A stretch of DNA of 64,000 nt from assembly GCF_018350175.1 (NCBI RefSeq), contig NC_058368.1:33110001-33174000 (forward strand). The letters run 5' to 3'. This document shows positions 37,946 through 51,168 of this stretch, piece after piece. Every line of letters begins with the position of its first letter. Positions within the stretch are counted from its first letter, which is position 1. A program made the position numbers and the translations under genes. The notes beneath the pieces are model-generated. The model was given only the letters and a program-made list of their open reading frames with translations, did no database searches and was not told the DNA's origin. The stretch is from Felis catus. Its lineage: Eukaryota.

Positions 37946-38597
37946 AACATACCTGTCGTAAATAAATTCACCTGCGAGGCCATCTACACATACTTTCGAA
38001 AATCTTGCTCTTTGCCTTCCTCTCTGTTTCTACTTCTGTCATTATTCTTGGCAACTACTGTCTTCACACTGGCCTTTCAATTTCTTGACTTCCTGAGATT
38101 GAAAATTATTATTTTTTTTACTCTCTACTTCACACTTCCATTGTTATAGTTATTCCTGTCTTCATTATCAAAAGTAATTACACATCCCCAAAATTACCAT
38201 TTGAAGCATTTTACATTCTAATCATTATTTATTATCTTTTTAGGTCACTTATCCTCCCATCATTACTCTAGTAACTCTTTATTGGTACACCCAGTTTCTA
38301 ATACTACAAACAAGCCTCACCATCTAATTTCTTCTCTTTTCACTTAATTTATATTCCATTTCAAATAAACTTAGGCCCTTTTTAAAATTATTTTTTCCAT
38401 TTATCCATCTTCTTCAATAATTGCTGGAAAAAGAGCAGTACGTCTTAGGCTCTACTGCTTGTTTAAGGTACTGCCGGAGAAGTTTTAAAAAATTATGCTG
38501 AACGATGTCACTTAAATGTTATGATTGTGAATCTCTGACAGGCACTCACCATTCACCAAATAATCTTGTAAACTTTTTAAAAATATACTTTTCCCTG

Positions 38598-39130
38598 TGT
38601 TATGGACTAAATTGTGGCCCCCCACCATCCCAATTCTTTATGTTGAAGCCCTAATTCCCAGAGTGACTATATTTGGAGATAGGGCCTATAAGAAGGAAAT
38701 CAAGATTGAGTCAGGTTAGGTCATCAGAGTGAGCTGTTATAAGGACACAAGTCCTTATAAGAAGAGGAAGAGACAGGGGTGCCTGGGTGGCTCCGTCGAC
38801 TAAGCGTCCAACTTCGGCTCAGGTCATGATCTCAGGTTCGTGGGTTCAAGCCCTGCATCGGGCTCTGTGCTGACAGCTCTGAGCCTGGAGCCTGCTTCAG
38901 ATTCTGTGACTCCCTCTCTCTCTGCCCCTCCACCATTCACATCTGTCTCTGTCTCTCTCAAAAATAAATAAAAACATTAAAAAAAAAAAAAAAAAGAGGA
39001 AGATAGGAGAGCGCTATCTTTCCATGTTGCGGGCCAGAAGAGAGATCTCACCAGGACTCACCCTGAGGGCACTTGATCTTGGAACTTTAACCTCCAGAAC
39101 TGTGAGAAGGGAAATTTCTTTTATGTGTGA
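38598..39130 (+). mobile_element. MaLR LTR (MLT1A/B-like) split by a SINE
   Basis: 'tgttatggactaaattgt..tatgttgaagccctaa..tatttggagatagggcct' and 'cctccagaactgtgagaa'. Confidence 0.85.
38776..38995 (+). mobile_element. CanSINE nested in the MLT1 LTR
   Basis: Full body and long A tail; TSD core aagaggaaga. Confidence 0.96.
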
Positions 39131-39150
39131 AAGGTTAAGGATTATAAATA

Positions 39151-39862
39151 CAGTAAAACCTTGGATTGCAAGTAACCTGTTCTTCAAGTGTTCCACAAAA
39201 TGAGCACACATTTCTAACAAATTTTAACTTGATATGTGGGAAATCAGATAGCTATGCCCTGGTTAAGCAGATTGTAGGGAACGCATTACACTGCTTTCTG
39301 GCCCTGGTGAAAACAGCTAGGGCTAATGCACATTTAGGGGTTGTGTCTTGCCTGTGCTCATTAATTGCTGAGACCATGTTTTCTGTGGAATATTTTATCT
39401 TGTTCTCCACCCTTCTTTCGGCATCTGCTCTTTTGTAGTCTTGGGAACCCCTTGTGTTTTTTGCACGCTTTTTAAAGTTGTTACTGACATGTAGCCACAG
39501 ACATCTTTGTGCAATGTTTTCCCTGTGATGTATGTCTCATAAATACGGGAGCCTGAGAACAGCTTGGGGAGAATTCCCTTAGCCTCTCTCTCACCTCTCT
39601 TGATTTATGGAGTCCTGAGTAATCCTTTCTGCTTCCCCCGGCTTTGCTGGGCAAAGCTGAAAGCCAAACCCACAACTGGTGACCATAATGTGATCCCAAT
39701 TGATAAACAAGTGATATCTTGCAATACAAGTAGTGCGTGATGCCAAACATCACATGGTCACAATTGAGTTAGTGGTTCTTGAAATTTTCTTTTACATACA
39801 AGTGCTTTGAATTACAAGCACGTTTCTGGAATGAATTAGGCTCACAAACCAAGTTATTACTA
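39151..39862. mobile_element. Tc1/mariner-Tigger-type MITE split by an inserted element
   Basis: TA-flanked imperfect TIRs cagtaaaaccttggattgcaag / ctcacaaaccaagttattacta; the halves join across a duplicated ttgata. Confidence 0.7.
39235..39699. mobile_element. Probable solo LTR inserted in the MITE
   Basis: Termini tgtggga...tcccaa; 6-bp direct repeat ttgata at 39229-39234 and 39700-39705; TATA-like cataaata at ~39538. Confidence 0.65.
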
Positions 39863-39864
39863 TA

Positions 39865-40450
39865 TTGGTGTCCACTCTTGGTTCCTGGCACACAGCTCCA
39901 AAAATCCCTTGTAAATAGGGGTGCTAGAAAAGTCTTTTCTTCCATAAGTTAGTCTTTGACCCCAGTTCCTGACACAGAGCTCCTAAATCCTTTGGAACTT
40001 CTTGGATGATAGCAATGTCTTTGTTCTAAGGAGGTAGCTCTTGTGGGTTCCTGGATGGGGGCTGGTCACCATAAAGACCAAACCATGATAAGAAGCTTGT
40101 AATTTCCAGTGGCATCTGGGTGGAGGAGTTGGTTAAGTGTCTGACTCTTGATCTCAGCTCAGGTCATGATTTCGCAGTTTGTGAGTTCGAGCCCCATGTG
40201 GGACTCTGAGCTGGTGGTGCTGAGCCTGCATAGGATTCTGTCTCTCCTTCTCTCTGCCCCTCCCCCATCCGTGCTTGCTCTCTCTCTTTCTTTCTTTCTA
40301 AATAAATAAATAAATAAAAATAAATAAAATTAAAAAAAAAAGCTTGTAATTTTTAGCTCCATACCCTAGTCTTTAGAGATGGGAGAGATTGGAAGTGGAT
40401 TTAATAATTGATCATGCCTGAGTGATGAAACCTCCATAAAAATCCCAATA
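39865..40450 (+). mobile_element. MER21-like LTR fragment split by a SINE
   Basis: 'gttcctgacacagagctcctaaatcc..ggggctggtcacca..aagacca..tgaaacctccataaaaatcc'. Confidence 0.65.
40109..40339 (+). mobile_element. CanSINE nested in the LTR
   Basis: TSD aagcttgtaattt at 40093-40105 and 40340-40352. Confidence 0.93.
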
Positions 40451-40549
40451 TCTTTCATCTTTACCAGCCAATAAAATTGCTTTTATCAGTGGAACCAGTT
40501 ACCTTTGTATTGTTAGATATAATGGTTAGTTTTTTGCCTTTTTCTAAAT

Positions 40550-41450
40550 GGATAACCATCACCATAGTCACTGTTAGAATATTTTCATTATTCCCCAAAC
40601 AAATCCCCTACCTATTAGTAGTCATTAGCCCACTCACCCCGGGCCTAGGTAAGCACTTATCTCTTTTGTTACTAGAAATTTGTTTATTCTTAACATTTAA
40701 TATAAGGAGAAGCATACAATATGGCTAATTTGCAACTAGTTTTAACTTAGCATTAGTTCTCAAGATTCATTAGTGTTGTAGCTTGTATCAATATGTCACT
40801 CTCTTCTTGGTCTAGAAATATCCCATTGAACAGGTATACCACAATTTGTTTAAGCATTTATTAGTTAACGGACATTTGGGGTATTTTACTTTGGGGATAT
40901 TATGAATAATATGATAATGAACTTTTGTGTACAAGTTTTTGTGTGGATATAGTTTTTCATTTCTCCTGGATATGTATCTAGGAATTGTTGTGTCATATGA
41001 TAACTTTATGTTTAGCATTTTGAGAAGCTGCCAAAATGTTTTACAAAATGGCCTCACCGTTCACATACCCAATAGTAATGTATGAAGGTTCTGGGTTTTC
41101 CACATCTTCACCAACAGTTAATATCATCTGCCCTTTTGGTTGTATCTATTCTAGTGTGTGTGAAGTGGTACCTCTATTAGATTTTGATTTGTATTTTCCT
41201 AAATAGCTAATGATGTTGAGAATCACTTCATATTCTTATTGACCATCTTTTATATTATTTTTCTAGAAAAACATCTATTTAAATTATTGGTTTATTGTCT
41301 TTTTATTAAGTATTTTACAGATACATAGTTTATGAATGCTTTCTTTCATTGTATGAGTTGTCTTGACACCTTCTTAATGACATGGTATATAGCACAAAAG
41401 TTTTTACTTTGATATAGTTCAATGTATCTATTTCTTCTTTAGAAATTTGT
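40550..41450 (-). mobile_element. L1MB-like 3' region
   Basis: Minus-strand remnant 'LLKMLNIKLSYD..YPKCP'; 'ttttgatttgtattttcct..tgatgttgag'. Confidence 0.85.
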
Positions 41451-41818
41451 GTTGGTCTCTCTACTAGGCTATTGAAATATGCTTGGGCTTGGTATTTTGA
41501 CCCATCACTCCTTACATATCCTGCTTTCCACAGTACTAAGGGATCTTTTAAAATTAGAAGTTCAGATTATGTCATTTCCTTTCTAAAACTTTTGAAAACA
41601 TTCTATGCAATGATGTTAAAATAAAACTCTCATTCTTTCACAATATGTAAATTTGTATAGTAATTTTTCTGGTTAAGTTTTTTTTTATCCCTTCAATGTC
41701 TTACTCTGAAAGAAATAAAATACTAGAAAAGTACTGCAAGACTAGCAAAATGAAGTCTCATAGATTATACACCTAGATCAGAAAACCATTAAAATCTGCT
41801 GCTTTCTCATCTCTGTGT

Positions 41819-42057
41819 GTAAGAAATTGCTGCGGCTGAGGTCAGAGAGGTTTTTTCCTGCTTTCTCCCCTAGGGTTTCGATGGTTTCCTGCCTCACATT
41901 CAGGTCCTTCATCCATTTTGCGTTTATTTTTGTGAATGGTGTAAGAAAGTGGTCTCGTTTCAACCTTCTGCATGTTGCTGTCCAGTTCTCCCAGCACCAT
42001 TTGTTAAAGAGGCTGTCTTTTTTCCATTGGATGTTCTTTCCTGCTTTGTCAAAGATT
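41819..42057 (-). mobile_element. Isolated young felid L1 ORF2 internal fragment
   Basis: Closely similar to 18981-19219; no 3'UTR, poly(A) or TSD seen. Confidence 0.93.
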
Positions 42058-43782
42058 CAGTCTCCTTTTACAACAGTTATATGTTCAGTACACACAGAAA
42101 AAAAAAGCGCTTGTAAAAAAAAATGAGAAATTGCTTTCAAAACCTACATCAGACGGTGTGCTATTTCACAAATCCTGATGAGATCAGGTCTGTAGAAACT
42201 CCAGTTAAATCCAAAAGTTGCTTGATTACACACTCCTATGCCCGAAGTTGAGACAACTTACAAAATTTCAGGAAAGAAAAAAAAAAGATGAACCACTGTT
42301 ATAAGGTACTCAAAACCTATTATTCCTTATTTCATATCACAGTTCATGGGCTATCTCTTCTGTCACCTACCTTCAGGCAAAATTACACCTAACCTGTCAG
42401 AGAGAGGAGTCTCCTCAATTCTTAAAATCCTTCTGGGAAGTAGACACCATTGTTCCCTTAATGTCAAAGAGACTTTTAATCAGGAAGCTCCTCTCTGCAC
42501 ATAACCTTTCCTACTATATATTTAGTTCATTTTCTTTTGTGTAAATCAAACAGAAATATTTGCAATTAATAAAAGGCATATTTGAGCAAACTGTTTTCAT
42601 CCACTTAGGTTTTCTAAAGTAAAATTAATCTGGAATAAACTTTTAAGAGATGACTGGCGTGGAAGTTAAAGTTTAGAAGATTGTTGTAATCATAGAAAAT
42701 AGCAAAGGACATAGCTACAGGGAAATTCGCCAGAAAGGAATTAGAAAATTGGATTCTTTGTTGTAATAGAGTGAGAAGGGAAGTGAGACTATGAAAAGTG
42801 GTAAAAGGCTGAGGACTAATAAGACAGTCTGGAATAAAGAATACAAAACTTAGCTTAAATATGAAAAATGAAGTAGAAAAAGAGAGGAATGTGTTGAAAT
42901 GACTTAAAGTTTATCCTAGAAAATTTAACAAAGGCATATATGTATTTGTGTGTATACGTGTCTTTGTGCACTCATATGTATGTCAGTTATAAATATGCAT
43001 ACTATCTGCTGTTATAAAATAGCATATGCCATTTTGTCATTTACAATTGTATACATATTTAAAATTGTTATGTAAATATTTGATCAGCTATAGATTATTT
43101 ATTTGCTTTTACATTACTTCCAATTTCAATTATTTGCTTAGGACATTTATGAATGCATACACAAATCACTTCAAAAGTAACAAAATATTTTTTCCTCAGT
43201 TTATACTTTTTTGAGCATCTGGACTTGATGAGTGCATTGTGATTCACTTTGTGTTAATGACAACATCGTAGGCACCCGTATTACTATATGTCATAATTTT
43301 GCATTTAAACATTTCTTAAAAGCAAATTTGGCAATGTTGTGAGTTTTTTTTTTTTTCCTTGCTGACGTGAAAAATATCAAGTTACTTCCTATTGCTCTTC
43401 CAGGCACCAAGTTGTCTCAAGTACTAACTTAATTGTACTTTGTCAAATTGTAAGTAGCCCCTAATTAACAAGCCTCTCCTTCTGTCTCCTTCCACATAAT
43501 ACATAATCAATAATTGTAAAGGTAATATTCATGGATGAAACAGATGAAAGAAGACATTGAAGTTGCCTAATAGAGCAATGTAACAAATAATAAATTGTAA
43601 TTAAAGCAAATACTTTTAAAAACCACATGCCTATAGAAACTTTATGGTGGGTGAAATATCAGCAACGTAATGCAAATGATCCTGGATCAATATGATTGTA
43701 TTTATCTTGATCAAAGCAAATTAGAAAATTCTCCTTTCTAATGAAAGCTGCCTATGCTATATGTCATTAAAAGTTTATATTA

Positions 43783-44001
43783 GGGGCGCCTGGGTGGCTC
43801 AGTCGGTTAAGCGTCCGACTTCAGCTCAGGTCATGATCTCGCGGTCTGTGAGTTCGAGCCCGGAGTCGGGCTCTGGGCTGATGGCTCAGAGCCTGGAGCC
43901 TGCTTCCGGCTCTGTGTCTCCCTCTCTCTCTGCCCCTCCCCTGTTCATGCTCTGTCTCTCTCTGTCTCAAAAATAAATAAATGTTAAAAAAAAATTTAAA
44001 A
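43783..44001 (+). mobile_element. Young CanSINE
   Basis: CpG-rich full body; TSD core aaaagttta. Confidence 0.97.
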
Positions 44002-45766
44002 AAAAGTTTACCTAATGCATTTTAATTTAATATTAAGGAGAAAAACATATGCATACAACTACATTATCTATATTTAATATATATTTTAAAATTCAAAGTC
44101 TCTAGAAGACAAAGGAATCATTTTAATCATACATTCTTCTTTTATATTTAATTATTATCTAAAGTCTGCATACTATGTGCCAGTAGTACACTAATGTCTG
44201 TGAATATAAAAATTGAAGAAAATCATTTAATATAACTTCTGTCCTTAGGGACCTGATCGTTTCTGGAAATGTAGGTAGATAGGAAATACGCTTTTCAGAA
44301 GTCCATGAAAATTAAAGCCGTATTTGAAACATAAGCTCTAAACATGCTTTAGATGCTTTTGATTTTTAAATTATTACTTAGTTATAAAAAATGCAGTAAA
44401 TATGTGCTAAATATACTCCCTCCAAAAAAACCTGATGCAATGAGGAGAGAAATTTAAAGAGTTTGTCAAAAAGAGAAATCTTTCTCAGTAAGAAAAAAAG
44501 TACATATATGTACATATATTAAAAGCAAAATTCATGAAAGTGTCACCAATAATGAATTAATTTTTCTAAGCATATTCATACATACATCTGTTCCCATAAC
44601 TATAGAATTACCAGGGATCCCCTGGGAACAATGATGAAAGTATCAGCTATTTGTTTCAGAGTATACATGCATATGGACATCATCCATCAGATGCTTATTG
44701 GATCTACAAAGGTTCCAAAATCTGTGAACAACAGGATGATATAACCTATCCCTGCCATAAATGTGCTTAACATTTGGGGCTCTATGGGCAAGAAAAATCA
44801 GTAATAATTCAGTACAAAAAATACCAATTTAGATGGAGACATGGTGATATAAAAGAGCTTAAACTCAATCTCATTATACAAGAAACTGTAGAAGAAATGC
44901 CACTTAATTTGATTCCTAAAAGACAGAAGGAATATAAGCAACTGATTACGTAAGGGCAATACTTTTGGAAAAAGACACTAAAGCCATTTTTTGTTTTTTT
45001 AATTTAAGAAGGTAACAAAGGAGAGAGGGAGAAAAGAAAATTAAAAAAAAATAATGTGGGGAGAAAAAAGTAAGGAAGAAAACAGAGCAAACTGTTACAA
45101 AACTAACGACTCTAGAAATATTTTGATTGTGGAACAAGAATCTCCTTTTGAACTGTAAGTGCCACAAACACTACCACTAATGCCCTTGTTTTGCAATTGT
45201 AGTGATAAACACTATTGGACCATTCTAAAGATTATAATGACAAGTTACAGCTAAAATTAACCAAATACCCAACAATGAAAACTTCTCTATCTTTTGCCAA
45301 ATCATGGCTTATTCAAATGCCTAAGTTGTCATGTTTTAGAAGCTAATGATTGCAGCACAAAACGTTCTGTCAAACACGAAACTGACAAAAAAATTAATTC
45401 TGATTAAGTAAGTCTGTCAAAGAGCACAGTTCATTTAAATAATTACTTATTCTTTTACACAATATATTTTAAATCAATCTTTACTTTTCAAGTATTTCAC
45501 ACTATGGAAATGCTAAACTGAACTAATATTCTTAAGTCCCTTTAAAATACTTATTCACAATAAAATTCTATTCCAAATAATTTATAAAGAATGTAATTGG
45601 TAACAATTCATGGAACGTGAAATCCCGTTTTAAAGATGTTACCTTCTAACTAAACTGTACGATTCTCAATAGCTCAGGTTATGGTAGCATGTGCAAAATG
45701 AACGAATAACTCCCAAATCAACTGCATTATATAGGCTTGGTTGCAAATATAAAAATATGACTTTGT

Positions 45767-45980
45767 GGGGGCACCTAAGTGACTCAGTCGATTAAGCGAC
45801 CGACTTCGGCTCAGGTCATTATCTCATGGTTCATGTGTTCCAGCCCTGTGTCCGATTCTGTGCTGACAGCTCAGAGCCTGGAGCCTGCTTTGGATTCTGT
45901 ATCTCCCTGTCTCTATATCTCTCCCCAACTTGTGCTCTGTCTCTCTCAAAAAATAAATAAACATTTAAACCAATTTTAAA
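45767..45980 (+). mobile_element. CanSINE
   Basis: Full body; TSD core tatgactttg. Confidence 0.95.
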
Positions 45981-47289
45981 GGTATGACTTTGGAAAAATC
46001 CACAGGTTATCAACCAGACAAGTAGATAAATTTTCTGTAGCCTATAGTCTATTTCTTTTGGTAAATAGGCTTTTTAATCAGAATGTCAAGTACATCCATT
46101 TTTGATGTTATTTAAGAAAATTTTGGAATATCCAAACATCCTAAGTCAAAATAATTGAGATTACCCATTCAATAAAACAGCATCATGAACAAAATGCTAT
46201 CTCTTGAAGTTTGTATTTTTTTATTACACAAAATTTTTCCTGGATTAACTAGCTATGGTTTACTTTTTCTTAAGTAAAATCTAGGCATTAAAACCCATAA
46301 TAATTTTACTAGGGAAATACATAAGCCTAATTAAGGATTATAAAACCATATAGAACCAAATGTAAGTCTTAGGAAAATCAGTTAACAAACTGTTTGGCTA
46401 TGGAAATGTCTTAATTTTCTAAATTTTAAAATATCTTTGTTCAATAAGTATTTCTAAAAGCAACTTAGAATAAAATAGTCACTATGCACTTCAGTACATT
46501 CAAATATCACTCTTTGGCTCAAAACAAACATGGCTATAGGTGAAAATAGTATTCTGGGCTCCTCACAATTGTTTTTATCCTTCTAGTCAATGTACTTTTA
46601 TCGCCTGGAATATTGGCACAAGATTATCTCAAGAATATATTTACAAGCAAAATGCACTGCTCAAATACTTTAATTATGACTGGATACTCTTATAGGACTT
46701 GGATGATTTTCAGTTGAAGGCACAAATAATAGGAATTTTCTTGAATTATCTAAGACAGCATTCAGTTTTGAATTGATACACTTATATCATAGTCAAAATG
46801 GGCCTTCCTAATAAATAATCCACATTGTTATTTAGGAACACGAGAGGACTAAAATTCCGCTCTCGGTGGCTTTTGTAACTGATACTGACTTTTGGTGTCA
46901 AGATCTTTAAAAAAGTGGAGGGAGATAATGAGAAATCCCCGAAGAGTCTTTCATGTAACAAGCTTAGAAGAAGTGAACATTATGATCTCTCATATGTCAT
47001 TATCAAGAACTTAGTTATATGGCTGCATCAAACTGCAGAAAGAATAAGAAAATCTAGCTGTGTGCCTTGTAGATAAAGCAAGTGGAATTAGAGATATCTA
47101 GGTAATCTTTATCAAGTTTTATTCTTCTTGTTAGGCTTCCCTGTCAAACAAAAAACACATTCTAGCCTTTTTTATCCAGTAGTAATACTAAAAATGCCTT
47201 CGCCCAATGTCTGTCCAGGATTACCACATAAAGGGCAGTCCTTTCCTTCAGATTTATCTGTGGTTCACACACTCCACTGTTCTAAAAAA

Positions 47290-47490
47290 GGAGTCTTCAA
47301 AATATGGCCGATGGTGCAACTGTCTGTTTTATTAGAGTAATGTTTTATTGGGACACAGCCATATTCACTTCTTTACATATTAGCTATGTCCATTTTCATG
47401 CTACAGTGACAGATCTGAGCGGGATTGAATAGTTTTAACATAGACTAAAATAATTACTACTTAGCCCTTTAAGAAAAAGTTTGCCAATCC
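47290..47490. mobile_element. MER58A-like hAT-Charlie element
   Basis: 'gttttattgggacacagccatattcact..gctacagtgacaga..gcccttt..gaaaaagtttgccaa'. Confidence 0.75.
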
Positions 47491-47496
47491 AATTCT

Positions 47497-47520
47497 AAAA
47501 AAAAAAAAAAAAAAAAAAAA
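47497..47520 (+). repeat. Poly(A)24
   Basis: Read directly from the sequence. Confidence 0.95.
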
Positions 47521-47889
47521 GTTATTTTTCTACCCAACACACAATGGTAGGGAAGAGATAAAATAACCATCCACCCATATTTCCCACAGAAAAATAAAAT
47601 TCAATAAAGGCAAAGAGAAAAATGTGATATTTGTCATTGGCAGAAAGTTTGGTGGACATTTGCCTTGGCAGCTAGGGGAAGTCATGGATTTGACTTTGAG
47701 TTTGTTCTTTGTGAAGACTGTTCTTATCCATTGTTCACTTACTCTGACCATTCTCTTGCAAGTCCTTCTTTGTGTATTAAGCTACTTGGCTCTAACAATG
47801 TCCCCTGTTAATATTGCTGGGTTAAGAGATGCTCTTAGAGATGCTCATAGAAACGTGCCTATAGAAACATTATTTCTATAGGTCTATAA

Positions 47890-48356
47890 GAGGATTACCA
47901 GAAGAGATTAGCATTTGAATGGGTAGAATGAGTAAGGAAGTTTGCCCTTATCTGTGTGACTGAGCATCATCTAATCCCTTTAAAGCTTGAACAGAACAAA
48001 AAGATACAGGAAGGGTGCATTTACTATTTGTGTTGAAATATCCATCTTGGTTATTGAGTCTTGCTCTTGAATATGAGCTCTGCTGGTTCTCAGGCCTTCA
48101 GACTCTGACCAGGACATACACCAGTGGCCCCACTGTTAGCAAGTTTTTGCCCTTGAACTGGGAGTTAACTTGTGCCATCTGTTCTCCAAGTTCTCAGGCC
48201 CTTGAACTTGGTCTGTATTACACACTACTGGCTTTCCTGGTTTTCCACCTTGGCGATGGAAGGTTGTAGGGCTTCTCAGCCTCCATTATTGTGTGATTCG
48301 ATTTCTGTAATAAGTTCTCATTGGTTTTGTTTCTCTGAGGAACCCTTATTAATACA
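47890..48356 (+). mobile_element. ERVL LTR (MLT2-like), 5'-truncated
   Basis: 'gaagagattagcatttgaat..tctcaggccttcagact..gtttctctgaggaaccct..aataca'. Confidence 0.85.
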
Positions 48357-48519
48357 TCAGCCATAAGTGATGAGGATCACTGTTGCTGGGAGTTACTCTC
48401 TTTGAAGGATATACACTTTTTACTGTGTTAGTTGAAGGGTCATGTTCTGTTTTAATGCTCAGAAAGACAAAAAGGATTCTTTCTTTGACGAAAGAAGTTT
48501 ATTAAAATTTAGGTTATAT

Positions 48520-48900
48520 TACTCACTTCTGGTTGATTTTTCTGTGATGCAAAACAGCCCCTAAAATCTCAATGACTTTTGACATCAAGAAAGGTTTATT
48601 TCCTGATCATATTATGTTTTGGACATGAGTTAGCATCTTTGATTTTACTCCAGGCTACAAATAGTCCTCATGTCAGCTTCACTTTTCTTCATTCTGGGTC
48701 CAGACTATTGGAGCAGTCCCAATTTTGGACATGCCATTCTCATGGCAGAACAACAAGAGAGTTGATTGGAATGCACAATGGCTTTTAAAGGTATTGCTCC
48801 CAGGTGACATATGCCTTATCCATTCACATTCCACGGGCAAGCAAATGTAGTATTATTGGAGTAGAGAGGTGTACATAATACAAGAAGGCACTGAAAGTTA
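48520..48900 (-). mobile_element. MaLR LTR (MLT1J/K-like)
   Basis: 'ccctaaaatctcaatgact..aaggtttatttc..ttctcatggcaga..tcacattcca'. Confidence 0.6.
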
Positions 48901-50019
48901 CAGGGCAATGGGTTAGAATGCATAATAAGTTTATATGAATGCGGAAAAAAAATACATAGCATAAACAGAAATACAATCTGACTCTGTAAGCCTCAGGACC
49001 AGTTTGCTTCCAATCATTTCTTTGCACCAGTAGCTCAGTCAATCTTCTTACCAAAACATGATTCTTAAGCCTATTTTATTTATTTGCTTATATATTCAAG
49101 TGCCTCTTTGTATCAAACAAACTACCTCGAAGCCATTAGGTTGGGTTTTAAGAACTTATCCTTAATTTAATCTTTCATGCAAAGCTGAGTCTTAATGAGT
49201 CTCTCCATGTGTATTTGGTGTTGCTGCAATGGGTTTTTCCTTTTTATTTCTGCTAGAAAACCAGCCATTTTTGCCTGACACTATCTTTTTCTATTTAATA
49301 ACTTCCTTAACAATCTGATAACAATCCACACTCACTACTAATGGTCTGTTTCCCAGCAACTCTCCAGAAAGCTACAGTATCGATAGACACATTGTCTGCC
49401 TTTCAAATTATCACAGGAAGCATTTGTCCCAAATGTTTTGGCAATGAATATGTAGAATCTTCTATTTGATATCAGTATTCTTGCCATGGAATTTCTAGCT
49501 TGATAACACATGTTTTAAGTTACTGTTTGAAAGCATCTCATTTCAAAGTAAAATTTCGGTATATATTAATTTCAGCTGGTACAACAGATTAACTATGGAA
49601 TTTTAGCCATCTGGGTTTAAATTTAATTCTCACATAAAGTATTAATGGTGTGGTGTAGATATTCAGTATTTAGATCCAGGTCAATTCTGCTTTCAATAGG
49701 TAGGGGATCAATTGGGAAGAGTGAAGGTAAGAACTTTTATGTTCTAGACAGGAGCACATACCTCTTTGTTTCAGCATCTGTTGGTCAAAATCCAGTCAGA
49801 TGGACATAACCTAATTAAAAGGAAAGCTGGGAAGTTTGGTCTTGGTCTGTTTATAAGGCACAAAAATAAATCAATAAGGTTATTTTGCTGTCCCTGCACC
49901 AACATGCTAAGAGGTTCATGAATTTATTTATCTCTAGATGATAAGAATCTATTCTACCTTCGGAGTTTTTGTTTTGATTGGTTCCACCCAGTACTTTTGG
50001 CAGCATTAATTTATTAGTG

Positions 50020-50020
<1 letters not shown>

Positions 50021-50062
<42 letters not shown>
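50021..50062. repeat. (AC)n microsatellite, about 21 units
   Basis: Read directly from the sequence. Confidence 0.97.
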
Positions 50063-50066
<4 letters not shown>

Positions 50067-50339
50067 TCTGGTTTATAGATAAATAAAACTGGAAGACGTT
50101 TATATACCACCAAAAGCTTCACTGTGACTTTTCCATCCTGGTGAATACACACTCGAACCTTAACCACTATTAGTTTTGTTTTGTCTTTTTTAGATAGCTC
50201 ACTGTTTGCAATGCAAGCTTAAATATTTGGTGTTTACAGTTGCATTTACAATTGAATTTTGTAAAATGGCATTTGATGAGAAAACTGAAGTTGCTTCATG
50301 TATTCAGAGGTCTCCTTCGTATCTTTTAATCTCAACTAC

Positions 50340-50710
50340 CATCAGTTACATTTTCTCCGCTCTTTATTCTTTTGTGTAGATTTATGTGTCTATCTGTTAC
50401 CATTTTCCTTCTGCCTGAAGAACTTCCTTTAACATTTCTTGTAATGTGTCTTCTGGTAGTGAATTTTTTTTTTCAGCTTCTGTATGTCTACGAAAAGTCT
50501 ACATTTTACCATGTCTTTTTTTTTTTTTAATAGAGAACATCTCACCTAATTTTTTGAGAGATATTTTTGCTGGTATAGAATTCTGAATTACAGTGGTTTT
50601 TGTTTTGTTTCTCTTTTCCTTTAAATATGTTGATCCACATCTTCTGCCTGCATTGTTTCTGACAGAAAATGCTCTCTTCCTTTTCTTTGTTCCTCTGTAA
50701 ATAATGTGCC
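50340..50710 (-). mobile_element. Old L1M ORF1-end fragment
   Basis: 'ctgaagaacttcctttaacatttcttgta..ctggtagtgaat' is the reverse complement of the motif at ~2230-2280. Confidence 0.7.
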
Positions 50711-50954
50711 CATGTATTTTATGGTAGTATGGAAGTAAACTTAAATGACATTGATTTTTAAAAATTTAACATCTTAGTGAAGAAAAAAATACCTAAATAA
50801 AATCCAAATTCAGGAGATATTTCTAAGTAATATAAAATATATTCAAGTAAATATTATTATATTTATTTTACCTTTGTATATTATGACACAGAGGGTTATC
50901 ACCAGAGATTCTTACTTAACCCTAGGAAATTTTTCTCAACAATCAATGACTTTT

Positions 50955-51168
50955 TTTTTAATTTTTTTTAACGTTTATTTATTTTTGAGACAGAGACAGA
51001 GCATGAACGGGGGAGGGGCAGAGAGAGAGGGAGACACAGAATCAGAAACAGGCTCCAGGCTCTGAGCTGTCAGCACAGAGCCAGACGCGGGGCTCGAACT
51101 CACGGACTGTGAGATCATGACCTGAGCCGTAGTCAGATGCTTAACCGACCAAGCCACCCAGGCGCCCC
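50955..51168 (-). mobile_element. Young CanSINE
   Basis: CpG-rich; perfect TSD aacaatcaatgactttt at 50938-50954 and 51169-51185. Confidence 0.97.

Noticed and set aside
47497..47520. Poly(A)24 as the tail of a processed pseudogene
   Set aside because: The upstream sequence is a MER58-like DNA transposon; no mRNA-like body or TSD found.
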